DNA of 64,000 bases from a virus: the IMG/VR virus record IMGVR_UViG_3300045972_000138, positions 127,513 to 191,512 of that record; one strand, written 5' to 3'. Within the stretch, counting starts at the first letter, position 1. Each line of letters opens with the position of its first letter. This document shows positions 1 through 11,245 of the stretch, in pieces. The notes beneath the pieces are model-generated. The model made no database searches. It was not told the DNA's origin and worked only from the letters and a program-made list of their open reading frames with translations. The translations under genes and the position numbers were made by a program.

Positions 1-15
1 ACATAAGGAGTCACT

Positions 16-273
16 ATGGCAAATAAATTATCAGACGCAAATTTAATTAGATTAAAACAACTCGTAAACGATGGTGTTCAAGTCCTACAAGAATGTGAAG
101 ACCTACGTACAGGACTAAGTGAAACAGTAAAAGCAATTGCTGAGGAACTAGAAGTTAAACCTGCTCAATTAAACAAAGTTATTAAGATTGCACATAAGTC
201 TAATCTAAATCAAGTTGAAGCAGACTTCGATGAAGTAAAGAGTATGTTGGATCAATTGGGGCGTGGCATCTAA
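16..273 (+). CDS. hypothetical small protein (85 aa)
   Basis: ORF with AGGAG RBS at 6-10 upstream of ATG 16. Confidence 0.55.
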   Translation: MANKLSDANLIRLKQLVNDGVQVLQECEDLRTGLSETVKAIAEELEVKPAQLNKVIKIAHKSNLNQVEADFDEVKSMLDQLGRGI

Positions 274-316
274 AATTAAGATAAATACATACAACTAATT
301 CAAGGGGTATGTATTT

Positions 317-2536
317 ATGAGTGGTGTATCATTAAGTGGACTTTCGCTAAGTTCTGTTTCGTTAAACGGCATAGGCCATATAACTCCTGGTGCACCAGTC
401 GCATCATTTACCGCAGATGTAACATCTGGTGCATTACCGTTTAGTGTATTTTTCACAGATACATCAACAGGTACGCCAACAAGCTGGACCTGGAACTTTG
501 GTGATGGTACGACATCTACTCTACAAAATCCGTTACATACCTATAACACGATAGGATCATATAATGTATCTGTAACAGTGCATAATTCCATCGGTACATC
601 CATGAGTACACAACCAACCACTATTACAACAACTGCGATGACAGCAGTATATAGCGGTCTTTGGAATGCAGCATCAAATATACCTTCCCTAAATAACAGC
701 ACAGGTACCGATAATAGTACATATCAAGTATCGACATCGGGTACGGTAGATTTTGGAGCAGGCCCTGTAACAGCACCGACAGGCTCATATATAAGATATC
801 AATCTGGCGCTTGGTTTGTAGTAACACCGCCTAACGTAGATGCAGGTTATGGTACAGATTACTTAGGTGCATGGAATCCAATAGTTAACTATCCACTTTT
901 ACAAAATGGCGTTAATACAACTGCAGGGGTAAAATACAGAGTTTCAGTATCAGGCGCAGCAGATTTTGGAGCAGGAAGCATAGATTTTGCACTGGGAGAT
1001 TATGTAACATATTCTGGTACAGAATGGGAAAAATTAAACTTCTATGCACCTGCGCCAGACAGTAGCAGCCCTACACCGTTAGCTGCATTGGCAATAACAG
1101 CGGCATTTGCTACTACTCCGTCTGTAAACTTAGGTGCATCGACTGTGTCACCGGCTGTGTTTGGTAAAATGGGGACAGAGAATCTATTATTGAATTTCGC
1201 AAGAGCAGTAGATATGCTAGATGCTGCATCGGCAACTGGTGCACCAACAAACGATGGAAACGGTACAGACTGGAACGGCTTAATAGAACTTTCGGGTGCA
1301 GCAACGCAGGCAATGAGCGACAATACAGTTGGCGCTCCATTAATCCCGGATGATGTTATGTCACAACTTACAATTGAGTGGTTCTTAACAGTAGCCGTAA
1401 GTACGATACCCGGCGATCTTGACTCTCCAATTGACATACAAAAAACATTTGAAAGGATGTGTATCTCAGATCCGGCAGCAACAAAAGAATTATACGATGG
1501 ATTAACAAATGTGCTTACTAACTTGTTAACTTCTGTAGCTCTCACACCGGATGATTTAAAATATATACCGCAGGACGAACATGCTGGTATAGATTATGGC
1601 ACAACCCTAGATGTATTATTGTCAACTCATACATTGCAAGATCTACTAGGATACTTAACCGGCTGGCGCAATTCATTGCACCAATATGTTGATGCAGATG
1701 CAGGTATACCTACATCTATCTTTACAGCAGATAAAACAATTGTACTTGATCCAAACAATATAAGAACAATTACAATTAACTCTGGTGAAACAATAGCATT
1801 TACTGATATGTCAACTCATAACCCGGATAAATGGAATTGGGATTTTGGTGACGGGACGACATCTATAGAACAAAACCCAACGCATACGTTTACCGTTGAC
1901 ACACAGCAAGACTTTACAGTTGATATGTATGCCGCTAACTTCTTAAAGAGAAGTGCCAATGTAGATAGCGTTGTAGTTACAGTTAAACCAGTTACACCTA
2001 CAGTAAGTTTCACAATTACCCCAACAACCGGTAATGCACCTATCTATATTAACCTAACTGATACAACACCAGGCAATCCCAATAATTGGGTATGGGACAT
2101 GGGTGATGGCAATATATCATACGGAAAAAATACAGCGTATATATATCAGACACCGGGAACATATACGATTACATTAACTGTTACTTACGTAGGTGGTGCG
2201 ACTGCTTCCGGATCTAATCAGTTCGTTGCTACAACGACTATGTACAGACTTACATTTACTGATGATACTGGCACCACATTGCCTATACACTCCGATGGAG
2301 CACAGGTATACCCAGTTGTGTCAGGTGATTTCCCAGTTGATCGTTCAGTAGTAGATGCATTATGTTCGCAGTTGAGTGGTTTTGCTTGGCCGCTTAATAG
2401 CGGAGTACCAGGGGTGTTTAACAATCCTCCGCAACCTGAATCAACGGGCCAATTAATTCTTACATATAGAAATTATTTCTTTATGGATAATCAAAACTAT
2501 GGACGTTGGTTATATTTACATATCACCCCACTTTAA
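317..2536 (+). CDS. PKD-domain repeat protein, likely virion decoration/adhesin
   Basis: Three W-x-F/M-GDG-T/N PKD signatures: WTWNFGDGTTS, WNWDFGDGTTS, WVWDMGDGNIS; 739 aa, Thr/Ser/Gly rich. Confidence 0.7.
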   Translation: MSGVSLSGLSLSSVSLNGIGHITPGAPVASFTADVTSGALPFSVFFTDTSTGTPTSWTWNFGDGTTSTLQNPLHTYNTIGSYNVSVTVHNSIGTSMSTQPTTITTTAMTAVYSGLWNAASNIPSLNNSTGTDNSTYQVSTSGTVDFGAGPVTAPTGSYIRYQSGAWFVVTPPNVDAGYGTDYLGAWNPIVNYPLLQNGVNTTAGVKYRVSVSGAADFGAGSIDFALGDYVTYSGTEWEKLNFYAPAPDSSSPTPLAALAITAAFATTPSVNLGASTVSPAVFGKMGTENLLLNFARAVDMLDAASATGAPTNDGNGTDWNGLIELSGAATQAMSDNTVGAPLIPDDVMSQLTIEWFLTVAVSTIPGDLDSPIDIQKTFERMCISDPAATKELYDGLTNVLTNLLTSVALTPDDLKYIPQDEHAGIDYGTTLDVLLSTHTLQDLLGYLTGWRNSLHQYVDADAGIPTSIFTADKTIVLDPNNIRTITINSGETIAFTDMSTHNPDKWNWDFGDGTTSIEQNPTHTFTVDTQQDFTVDMYAANFLKRSANVDSVVVTVKPVTPTVSFTITPTTGNAPIYINLTDTTPGNPNNWVWDMGDGNISYGKNTAYIYQTPGTYTITLTVTYVGGATASGSNQFVATTTMYRLTFTDDTGTTLPIHSDGAQVYPVVSGDFPVDRSVVDALCSQLSGFAWPLNSGVPGVFNNPPQPESTGQLILTYRNYFFMDNQNYGRWLYLHITPL

Positions 2537-2663
2537 TAAGAAAACCTTGCTCTTTATAATACAAGGCTGTTAAACTACACAGCTAAGTATTATATACGCA
2601 AGGAGTTCAAAAATTTACATCGATGCACTATTTAAAAGAGGCGGAGACAGTGAAATTATTAGA

Positions 2664-5558
2664 GTGGTCGAACGTGTAAACGGTAAACGTGTTTACAAAG
2701 AATATCCGCCCGACTATCATTTCTATTTAAGCGATCCAAAAGGTACGAGCAAATCTATTTACGGTAATCCTGTAAAGAAAATTGTGCCACGTACCTTTGT
2801 TGAAAAACAAAAGATACTTAAAACACTATCGCACAACACAACAAAATGGGAGAGCGACGTTGATCCTATTTTTAGATGTTTCGAGCAAAACTATTCATCA
2901 GGTGAAGCACCTGTACTGAACGTAGCGTTCTTCGACATTGAAACCAGCTTTGACAAAGAGAAAGGCTGGTCTGAAGCAAGCGAAGCAAACAATTATATAA
3001 CTTCAATATCTGTTCACTTACAGTGGCTAGACGAAATCATATGTTTGGCCGTACCACCCGATACACTAACCTGGGACGAAGCACAAGCAATCGCAGCCGA
3101 AGTTGGGAACACTGTACTATTTGAAAAAGAATCGGAAATGCTTAATGCGTTTATCGATGTTATCGAAGATGCAGATGCACTAAGCGGCTGGAATAGCGAA
3201 GCATACGATATTCCGTATACAGTAAACAGAATTAAAAAAGTTCTAGGTAAACACGAAGCTAGACGCTTATGTTTGTGGGAACAGGAGCCTAAAAAGCGCG
3301 AATTTGAGCGTGGTGGCAAGACATCTGAGACATACGATCTATTGGGCAGAATACACATAGATTATATGCAAATTTATAAGAAGTATAACTATGAAGAACG
3401 ACACAGTTATGCACTTAACGCAATTGCAGAAGCAGAATTAGGCGAAACTAAGGTTGCGTATGAAGGTACACTTGATGAACTTTATAATGATGACTTCAAG
3501 ACATTCTTAGAATACAACATCCAGGATACACGACTACTTGATCAATTAGACAAGAAGTTGCAGTTTATTGACTTAGCTAATTCTATTGCGCATTCATCTT
3601 GCGTATCTATTCAGACAACAATGGGCGCGGTTGCAGTTACAGACCAAAACGTCTTAATGGAAGCACACGGTAGAAACCTTGTATGCCCGGATAAGAAGCA
3701 CAGCAAGGAAAGCGAAGCAAATAGAGCAGCAGGTGCGTGGGTTGCAACACCTAAGAAGGGATTCCACAAATGGATTGGGTCAACTGACATGAAGTCACTG
3801 TATCCATCTGTTATTCGTGCGCTGAATATGAGTCCGGAAACTATTGTAGGACAGATTACCCTGACACGAACGAACGATGCAATTAGAGCGTGGGAAGCTA
3901 AAGGCAGCAAATACACATTTGCATCTTGGTGGAACGACAGATTTAATGTGTTAGAAATGGAAGAGTTTTACGCAAATGATATTGGCACAAAACTTACATT
4001 AGAAATGGAAGATGGTAATGTATTTGAACTTACAGGTGCAGAACTACGTGAGCTAATTTTCAACGGTAACCAGCCTTGGTGCATTAGTGCGAACGGTACT
4101 ATATTCAGGACAGACATAGATGGTGTTATTCCGTCGCTGTTGTCGCGTTGGTATAGTGAACGTAAGATACTTCAAGGTATTATGACTAACTATCAAGATA
4201 TTGAAGACAATCCCAAAATCGAAGGTACAAAAGTCCCAGCAGATATGTTTACGGAAGCTGATATACTAGATGCAGAAATTAGAGCAAATCCGTACTCCGA
4301 ACACGATGCTTATAGACCTAAGAAGCTAAAGGAATTAATAGCCGAAGGTAATAATAAGCGTGTAGTGCAATATATGAACCAGCACGGTCTAACAGTTAAA
4401 GACGGCAAGGCAATTGCTAGAGATCAAAAGACATTAAAGAGTATTGTTGGCTTTTGGGATAAACGTCAACTTGTTAAGAAAATTAACTTGAACTCTGCAT
4501 ATGGTGCGTTGTTGAATGCTGGTAGTCGATTCTTTGATCAACGTTTAGGTCAATCAACAACGTTAACAGGTCGTACTATTACGCGACATATGGCATCTAA
4601 GACAAACGAAATGATTGATGGTGAGTACAATCATTACGGAAGGACTATTATTTATGGTGATACTGACTCTTGCTATTTTAGTGCATATCCTGTTCTAAAG
4701 GAAGAAATTGATAGGGGAGATATCTTGTGGACAAAGGAAAGTATTATTGATTTGTATAACGATCTTGCTAAGGCAGTATCTGCAACATTCCCGGAATTCT
4801 TGTTAACTACATTAAATGTGCCGTTAAAGAAATCTACAGGTGTTATTGCAAGTTCGCGTGAAACAGTTTCCGAAAGTGGTATCTGGATGGTTAAGAAGCG
4901 TTATGCTTGTTTAATGTACGATAAGGATGGTATTAGATTAGATGCAGCAGGCAAGGTAGGTAAAGTTAAGGCTATGGGCCTAGATTTGAAGCGTGCTGAT
5001 ACTCCTAAGTTTGTGCAAAAATTCTTATCCGAAATCTTAATGGATGCACTTACAGACAAAGGTGAGAACTTTATTATTGATAAGATTCGTAAATTCAAAC
5101 AACAATTTGAAGATATGAAACCGTGGCAACAGGGTACTCCGCGAGCAGTTAATAATTTAACTCGTTACAGAGAGAAAATTGAATTAGCTGCAATGAAAAA
5201 GCTCAAAGGCGAAGATATGGGCAACTTGCACGTTCCTGGTCACGTTAGCGCAAGTTTGGCATGGAATAGATTGCGCGATATAAACAACGATCAGCACGCA
5301 ATGCGTATTATCGACGGTCAGAAAATTATTGTTTGTAAATTAAAAGACACAGTAGAAAACCGTACATCTAGCATTGCATATCCAGTCGACGAATTGCACT
5401 TACCAGAATGGTTCTTAAGATTACCATTTGATAGCGAAGGTATGCAGGATGGCATTGTCGATAAGAAGATTGAGAACTTATTAGGTGTTCTAAAATGGGA
5501 TCTTAGCAGAACCCAAAAAGAGCACGAGCACTTAGAAACATTATTCAGCTTCGCTTGA
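2664..5558 (+). CDS. family B DNA polymerase with 3'-5' exonuclease domain
   Basis: Exo I FFDIETSF, Exo II YNIQDTRLL; pol motif A DMKSLYPSVI, motif B KKINLNSAYG, motif C IYGDTDS; GTG start, true start uncertain. Confidence 0.9.
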   Translation: MVERVNGKRVYKEYPPDYHFYLSDPKGTSKSIYGNPVKKIVPRTFVEKQKILKTLSHNTTKWESDVDPIFRCFEQNYSSGEAPVLNVAFFDIETSFDKEKGWSEASEANNYITSISVHLQWLDEIICLAVPPDTLTWDEAQAIAAEVGNTVLFEKESEMLNAFIDVIEDADALSGWNSEAYDIPYTVNRIKKVLGKHEARRLCLWEQEPKKREFERGGKTSETYDLLGRIHIDYMQIYKKYNYEERHSYALNAIAEAELGETKVAYEGTLDELYNDDFKTFLEYNIQDTRLLDQLDKKLQFIDLANSIAHSSCVSIQTTMGAVAVTDQNVLMEAHGRNLVCPDKKHSKESEANRAAGAWVATPKKGFHKWIGSTDMKSLYPSVIRALNMSPETIVGQITLTRTNDAIRAWEAKGSKYTFASWWNDRFNVLEMEEFYANDIGTKLTLEMEDGNVFELTGAELRELIFNGNQPWCISANGTIFRTDIDGVIPSLLSRWYSERKILQGIMTNYQDIEDNPKIEGTKVPADMFTEADILDAEIRANPYSEHDAYRPKKLKELIAEGNNKRVVQYMNQHGLTVKDGKAIARDQKTLKSIVGFWDKRQLVKKINLNSAYGALLNAGSRFFDQRLGQSTTLTGRTITRHMASKTNEMIDGEYNHYGRTIIYGDTDSCYFSAYPVLKEEIDRGDILWTKESIIDLYNDLAKAVSATFPEFLLTTLNVPLKKSTGVIASSRETVSESGIWMVKKRYACLMYDKDGIRLDAAGKVGKVKAMGLDLKRADTPKFVQKFLSEILMDALTDKGENFIIDKIRKFKQQFEDMKPWQQGTPRAVNNLTRYREKIELAAMKKLKGEDMGNLHVPGHVSASLAWNRLRDINNDQHAMRIIDGQKIIVCKLKDTVENRTSSIAYPVDELHLPEWFLRLPFDSEGMQDGIVDKKIENLLGVLKWDLSRTQKEHEHLETLFSFA

Positions 5559-5563
5559 AGCTG

Positions 5564-5592
5564 TTGACTTTCGGCTGTAATACAGCTACACT
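5564..5592 (+). promoter_or_regulatory. sigma70-like promoter TTGACT-N17-TACACT
   Basis: -35 5564-5569, -10 5587-5592, 20 nt upstream of ATG 5613 with AGGAG RBS. Confidence 0.5.
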
Positions 5593-5612
5593 ACTTTATA
5601 TAGGAGATTTTT

Positions 5613-6350
5613 ATGGAATTATTAGACGCGATTAAAGATATCGTAAAGCACACACATACTCTGGGCTTTATTGAAATGGTTAAAGTTACAGGTACCAAGG
5701 CAGATTTGAAGATTGAAACAAAAGATGCCGATAATACCGTAATTATCTACGGAACAATGAACGAACCTGTGGTAGGTTTAGAATCCACAATTGGTTTGTC
5801 CAGAATGGGACTGTTAAAAGGTACAATTGGTATGCACGAGAAGTCTACTGTTACACTTGTTAATGAAACACGTAACAATGCTACAGTACCTACAGAAATT
5901 AAATTTGACAATGGTTCTAAGTTTATTTCTGCTTATAGACTCATGTCTGATGCAATGGTCACAGAACACGTTAAGGTGCCTGCATTTAAGGGTGCAGCGT
6001 GGGATGTAGTGGCAACGCCATCTGCTGATGCTATTTCTTTGTTAAGTTCTAACATCGGAATCTATAGCAGCTATGAAAAGCGTTTTATCGTTAAGGTAGA
6101 TGCAGGTACACTTATGTTTGATATTGGATCTGGTCCAACAGATCGTACAGAAGTACCGTTTGCAACAGGTGTTACAGGCACATTAAAGCATAGTTGGACA
6201 TATCCACTATCGCAAGTGTTGAGTATTCTAAAGTTAACAGAAACAGCAGCAACATCAACAATGAGCTTCTCTGATGCAGGTGCATTGAAGATTGACATTG
6301 ATAGCGGCTTAGGTAAGTATTCCTTTATTCTACCAGCAGGTAAGGCATAA
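5613..6350 (+). CDS. hypothetical protein; position and size fit a sliding clamp but not verified
   Basis: 245 aa ORF directly after the polymerase, own promoter and RBS. Confidence 0.6.
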   Translation: MELLDAIKDIVKHTHTLGFIEMVKVTGTKADLKIETKDADNTVIIYGTMNEPVVGLESTIGLSRMGLLKGTIGMHEKSTVTLVNETRNNATVPTEIKFDNGSKFISAYRLMSDAMVTEHVKVPAFKGAAWDVVATPSADAISLLSSNIGIYSSYEKRFIVKVDAGTLMFDIGSGPTDRTEVPFATGVTGTLKHSWTYPLSQVLSILKLTETAATSTMSFSDAGALKIDIDSGLGKYSFILPAGKA

Positions 6351-6628
6351 TGAGCGGACAGCTGGAGCCGGGATGCCTGGCTGTAGTCATTAAGTCAGTA
6401 GAGGGTGCATCTGTGGGTAAGATTGTGCAATGTGTTAAGATACAAGGCGAGCATTCGCTGTATGGTACCATTTGGCGAGTTAGATCGCAGAGCACAATTG
6501 TTACAGAGTACGGCGGCGTGGGTAACGAAGCAGATTGCCCTGCTAAATGGCTTAAAAAGATAGAGCCGGGTTCGGATTTGTTAAACAAGAAAGTTATAAC
6601 AAAAAAAGACGACGAGTTAGTAGATTAA
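6350..6628 (+). CDS. hypothetical protein (92 aa)
   Basis: ATGA stop-start overlap with upstream gene. Confidence 0.5.
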   Translation: MSGQLEPGCLAVVIKSVEGASVGKIVQCVKIQGEHSLYGTIWRVRSQSTIVTEYGGVGNEADCPAKWLKKIEPGSDLLNKKVITKKDDELVD

Positions 6629-6641
6629 ATCTAAATACAAT

Positions 6642-8216
6642 ATGACAAACAACAGAGTAAACTTTACAGAGCGCCATCTTCACGGTGGTTGGGCAAAATA
6701 TCTACCAGCTATTAGCGGTTTCTACACTACACACCTAGGTAAGGATCTTGCAGACCCTACCTTTATTCCGCCAGATCGCGTACCTAAGGGATTTGAATTT
6801 GGAATGCAAGGTATTAATTTCTTTAACGAAGAAGATAGTTATTACAATTACAAATTCGGTCTATACTCGGCAGGTCATGCAGAACGCAACTTAGCAAAAT
6901 GCAATGCTAGAGAACCGATGATACATAATAGAGATCGTAACAAAACCATTCTTATTGGTGACTCAGGGGGTTTTCAGATTGCAACAGGTGTTATTAAGGT
7001 AGATTGGAAGACTGTTATGACACCGGCAGGCGACAAGTTACGCGAAGAAATCTTACGCTACTTAGAGCATACGGCAGACTGGTCAATGACATTAGACGTA
7101 CCTGCATTCGCAGCAGTACCGCCACTTAGCGAAAAGACGGGTCTAACAAAGTTCTCTGACTGCTTAGATGTATCCGAGCATAATCTAAAATACTTTATGG
7201 AACACCGTATTCCGGGTAAAACAAAATTCTTGAATGTATTATCGGGCACAGATGAGGCTACTTCTAAAGAGTGGTATGAACGAGTCGTACCTTATAGTAT
7301 GCCAGATGCAGTAGAAGCGATGGGATACACACGCGATCGTACACTAGAAGGGTGGGCCTTTGCCGGTATTAATATGAAGAATATGCCGTGCGTACTAAAC
7401 AGACTATTAGACCTGCGCGACGATAATTTACTTGCCGATAAAGATTGGATTCACTTCCTAGGCATTGGTAGACTAGATTGGGCTTGCTACCTGACATCAA
7501 TTGAACGTGCATTGCGTAAGCATTATAATCCTAATATCAACATTAGTTTTGATGCTGCATCACCATTTGTTGCAGCAGGAGGTTATGCATTATCTTATAA
7601 TTACAATAAGTTTAGCGAAACTCAGTTAACATATGCAATGGGCCGTGGCGTAGATAATAAGGATTTGAAAGGCTCGACAGAAGCAATGCCTTTCCAGGGC
7701 CCGATTAATGACCGCTTAACAGTTGGCGATATGTGTGTTATGGGTCCAACTGATTTAAACAAGCACGGCAAAGTCGGTAATACAAGTTGGGACACCACAT
7801 CGTATGCATTAGTTATGGCACACAATGTTCATAACCATATTCAGGCTATTCAGGAAGTAAATAGATTAGCAGACTTAGAATACTCAAGAGTACCGGAATT
7901 AGATATTAGTACTTGGAGTATTAAACCCGGTGGTAAAACTAAGGCCAAGCCGAAAAGTGTGCATATACCTAATAAGATAATTTATTTCAATCATTTTGTA
8001 AATCGTGTGTTAGATCCTGCAACAAAAAACCCGCGCCAACTGATAGAAGATAATATAGGATTCTTAGATCATATTAGCTTTAGTAGCAAAGCCCCTAAGA
8101 AAGTAGAAACAACCTTTGGTGATATGTGGGAAGTAATTGATGACGAAGTTGACCTGCCCGACATAGACGATTTAGCTGTTGAAGATAACGACACATTAGC
8201 AAACGATGCAGGTTGA
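6642..8216 (+). CDS. tRNA-guanine transglycosylase (TGT) family protein, DpdA-like putative DNA 7-deazaguanine transglycosylase
   Basis: TGT catalytic-loop motif ILIGDSGGFQIATG; 524 aa; acidic C-terminal tail; QueE encoded 7 kb downstream. Confidence 0.5.
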   Translation: MTNNRVNFTERHLHGGWAKYLPAISGFYTTHLGKDLADPTFIPPDRVPKGFEFGMQGINFFNEEDSYYNYKFGLYSAGHAERNLAKCNAREPMIHNRDRNKTILIGDSGGFQIATGVIKVDWKTVMTPAGDKLREEILRYLEHTADWSMTLDVPAFAAVPPLSEKTGLTKFSDCLDVSEHNLKYFMEHRIPGKTKFLNVLSGTDEATSKEWYERVVPYSMPDAVEAMGYTRDRTLEGWAFAGINMKNMPCVLNRLLDLRDDNLLADKDWIHFLGIGRLDWACYLTSIERALRKHYNPNINISFDAASPFVAAGGYALSYNYNKFSETQLTYAMGRGVDNKDLKGSTEAMPFQGPINDRLTVGDMCVMGPTDLNKHGKVGNTSWDTTSYALVMAHNVHNHIQAIQEVNRLADLEYSRVPELDISTWSIKPGGKTKAKPKSVHIPNKIIYFNHFVNRVLDPATKNPRQLIEDNIGFLDHISFSSKAPKKVETTFGDMWEVIDDEVDLPDIDDLAVEDNDTLANDAG

Positions 8217-8418
8217 GTTACAATCTAAACTGTCAACGCTGGACGAACTTATAAAAATCCAGCGTGATAGTTTAGAGCGTGGATACATGCACGGCATGCT
8301 AAATGGGCTTATAATGGCACATTCAGTATTCTCCGGGCAGAGTCCTGAGTTTACTAAAATGCCTAAAGTGAAGAATAAAGTTAGACACTATTTAAGGAAC
8401 CAAAATGTCAAAAAGTGA
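8206..8418 (+). CDS. hypothetical small protein
   Basis: ATG 8206 overlapping end of upstream gene; 70 aa. Confidence 0.35.
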   Translation: MQVELQSKLSTLDELIKIQRDSLERGYMHGMLNGLIMAHSVFSGQSPEFTKMPKVKNKVRHYLRNQNVKK

Positions 8419-8737
8419 AAAGAAATTATTTGTAGTTGAGGCTATTAGTATGTTCCGCCATACATATGTCATTGAAGCAAAATCGTTAGAACATGCATAC
8501 GATGAAGTAACAATGCGTGACTCAGGAAGCGAGTTAGACGACTTTGAAGAAGTATCACAACGTTTTCTAGGCGAGACTATATCCAATGGTCGTCAAATTA
8601 AAAGAAAAGAATTCAACGAATTGTTGGAAACATTTAAGAACGATAAAGATGAGTCAACTTCCTGGTGGATGGGCGAACGGCTTATTCGCAAAATCGATTA
8701 TAAGCACGACAGAGAAGGCAACACAGTAGAAGAATAA
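8405..8737 (+). CDS. hypothetical protein (110 aa)
   Basis: ORF, acidic. Confidence 0.5.
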   Translation: MSKSEKKLFVVEAISMFRHTYVIEAKSLEHAYDEVTMRDSGSELDDFEEVSQRFLGETISNGRQIKRKEFNELLETFKNDKDESTSWWMGERLIRKIDYKHDREGNTVEE

Positions 8738-8979
8738 TGGCCGCAGAGATAACACACAACGATCTCCTGAATCAGGATTTAAATGTAGGTAACTACGTTG
8801 TGGCTTCGCGCAGGGGCCAGTATAGTAGCACAATGACTATATGCCAGATAACAAAAACAACGCCAAAGAAGGTCTTTCTTCAGGAAGTCAAAACAAAGAG
8901 AGAATGGTCGACCTGGCCGCAAGAAACTGTTAAACTTAGCGGTGAAGATGTTTTACATTATATTTTGAAGTATGTCTAA
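8737..8979 (+). CDS. hypothetical protein (80 aa)
   Basis: ATGG overlap with upstream stop. Confidence 0.5.
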   Translation: MAAEITHNDLLNQDLNVGNYVVASRRGQYSSTMTICQITKTTPKKVFLQEVKTKREWSTWPQETVKLSGEDVLHYILKYV

Positions 8980-9169
8980 TACATCGGCACCGTACATTCA
9001 TATGGCACAAGTTATTACACCTACCTCTAAAACAACATACCTTGACGGAGTAGAGTCGTATTCTATATCTGCCATATTATCGAGGGAAGAGGAAGAAGAC
9101 GAAATTATTCGCCGATTAAAAGGCAATGACGATAGCTTTACATTAGAGATGTGGATAAAATATGCTTGA
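8972..9169 (+). CDS. hypothetical small protein
   Basis: ORF 65 aa. Confidence 0.4.
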   Translation: MSNTSAPYIHMAQVITPTSKTTYLDGVESYSISAILSREEEEDEIIRRLKGNDDSFTLEMWIKYA

Positions 9170-9306
9170 ATTCCCGGAAACAATTAATCCAGATAGCGAA
9201 CAACGGCTAATGGAAAAACTTATGTATGACGACGATAAAATTAAACTGTTAGATTACATACGTGGAGATATGCGTGCATTGTACCTACTTGAACAAAAAT
9301 TTAAAA

Positions 9307-9537
9307 ATGGTCACAAGAATACTAGAGGCTAAGTGGACTATACGTGATCCACTGTTTGTACCTAAGATAGATTATTCTAAACTTAGCGAAGACGAGCAGG
9401 CCGATCTTATTATTGAGAGACTTACTAATGGTGTTAGTAAAGATTTGTTAGAAGATGCTATTTCGTTTGCAATGTCAAAATTAATTGCAGAAGAAATTGA
9501 CAACGAAATATTAAATTCACTCAAAGGCACAAAATGA
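9307..9537 (+). CDS. hypothetical small protein
   Basis: Internal ATG of the 9262 ORF; an alternative small ORF 9163-9333 overlaps. Confidence 0.35.
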   Translation: MVTRILEAKWTIRDPLFVPKIDYSKLSEDEQADLIIERLTNGVSKDLLEDAISFAMSKLIAEEIDNEILNSLKGTK

Positions 9538-9878
9538 CCGTCTATACTGAACCCGGAAAAACAGCAAGCAAGATGATGTGGCATGCGTGTCGCGGTGGTG
9601 GGAGTCCGTATGTAAATTGCCAGTGCAATATAGATCATTCTGTCGACGCAACCGAAGATGAATATGATAACGGAGATTACGAAAGCATAGGCTTTGTAGA
9701 ACTAGATGGATTGGTCTTCGTTGATGGATGCGAAGGTTGCGAAAAGAAGTTAGCAAAATACGAACATTTTATATGGGACAATCGTGATATTATTCGCAGA
9801 TATCTAAAGACAAGAGTGGATCAGGAAAAGGTCTGGGCAGACCAAGAAGCATCGTTAAATGTGTTAGCTGGAATTTAA
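9534..9878 (+). CDS. hypothetical Cys-containing protein (114 aa)
   Basis: ATGA overlap; CxC...CxxC residues. Confidence 0.5.
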   Translation: MTVYTEPGKTASKMMWHACRGGGSPYVNCQCNIDHSVDATEDEYDNGDYESIGFVELDGLVFVDGCEGCEKKLAKYEHFIWDNRDIIRRYLKTRVDQEKVWADQEASLNVLAGI

Positions 9879-9892
9879 ATTAAGGAAATGAA

Positions 9893-11071
9893 ATGAGAAA
9901 ATTGTACTATATGGGTTTAGAGTCTTATGAAGCTCGTTACACTCTACAACTGCAGGATTGGAACGAACGTGTATTCCAGGAGCGTGGCATAGAATACGAA
10001 CTCATCACAGGTTCCGAATTATCAACTGATAAAAAGATTGTAACAGGCAGTGTGCTCGATGCACATGGTCGTACTTATTACAGTATGATGCAACATGCGA
10101 ATCTTATCAAGGCAATGAAAGAAGGTAAGGTAACAAGCAAGGATGTAATCTTCTACGAAGATATGTTTACGCCCGGTATCGAAAGCTTACCATACATTTT
10201 AGAGCAAGTACCTAAGAAATTTCGTCCAAAGGTGTATGTGCGTTGCCTGGCACAAAGTATTGATCCAGACGACTTTGTTAATCGCGAAGGTATGGCACAC
10301 TGGATGCGTAAGTTCGAACAAATGGTTGACGAGTTTGTTGATGGAATTTTAGTCGCAAGCGAAGAAATGGTTGCACACTTGCGTATTGCAGGAATGAACG
10401 CACCTATCTATGTAACAGGATTACCATTTGGTAAAGAAGAAGTTGCAAGTCGTGTTCCGTATGTTAAACCTATTCATCAACGCGAACGCCGTGTGGGTTT
10501 TGCTGCACGCTGGGACGACGAAAAGCAACCGGAATTCTTTATGCAATTGGCACAACGCTTTTATAAGACACGCCCGGATGTCGAATTTGCAGTGTTCTGT
10601 GGTCACCCAGAACTCAAAAGCAATAACAAACAGCACGTCGAAATGGCACGCTATTTGGAAAACAGCGATACAGCAAACTTCAAAGTGTACACTGGTTTGA
10701 AGAAAAATGATTACTATGAATTGCTTGCAGACAGTACCGTTTTATTTAACTGTGCATTGCAAGACTGGGTAAGTAACACAGTTAGCGAAGCAGACACATT
10801 TGGCACACTTACATTGTATCCAGCATACAGAAGCTTTCCAGAAGTTTTTGCTAACAATGCAAACAATATGTACATTCCGTGGAGCATTAAAGATGCCGCA
10901 GACAGATTAGAAAAGATGTTTGCTAATCCTACAAGTTACACAACAGGCAATGTGAGTGACTGGCAAGATGGTACAATCGGCCGCACACTGGATGTATTCG
11001 AAGGTAAAGGCGAAGAATGGGCTCGCAATACACATGATTATAGAAAACACGTAGCAAAGGCAAAATATTAA
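9893..11071 (+). CDS. putative glycosyltransferase (GT-B-like)
   Basis: 392 aa; RVGFAARWDDEKQPEFF and C-terminal E-rich GT-B-like segments; assignment by weak motif similarity only. Confidence 0.35.
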   Translation: MRKLYYMGLESYEARYTLQLQDWNERVFQERGIEYELITGSELSTDKKIVTGSVLDAHGRTYYSMMQHANLIKAMKEGKVTSKDVIFYEDMFTPGIESLPYILEQVPKKFRPKVYVRCLAQSIDPDDFVNREGMAHWMRKFEQMVDEFVDGILVASEEMVAHLRIAGMNAPIYVTGLPFGKEEVASRVPYVKPIHQRERRVGFAARWDDEKQPEFFMQLAQRFYKTRPDVEFAVFCGHPELKSNNKQHVEMARYLENSDTANFKVYTGLKKNDYYELLADSTVLFNCALQDWVSNTVSEADTFGTLTLYPAYRSFPEVFANNANNMYIPWSIKDAADRLEKMFANPTSYTTGNVSDWQDGTIGRTLDVFEGKGEEWARNTHDYRKHVAKAKY

Positions 11072-11245
11072 AAATGAAGAAACAACCAGATCCAAGATTA
11101 CATCAACAAATTAGTTTCGCTAAAAGCGGATTGCGTATTTTAGCAGGAATAGGATTCATGACAGGTGAAGTAGTTGCGGCAGGGTTGTTTCTTATTTTAG
11201 CAGAAATACTCGGAATAGCAGAAGAATTAGTATAAAGGAAATTTT

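Noticed and set aside
2574-2663. Possible 5' extension of the DNA polymerase ORF (open frame back to 2574)
   Set aside because: There is no in-frame ATG/GTG/TTG upstream of GTG 2664, so the GTG start was kept while noting uncertainty.
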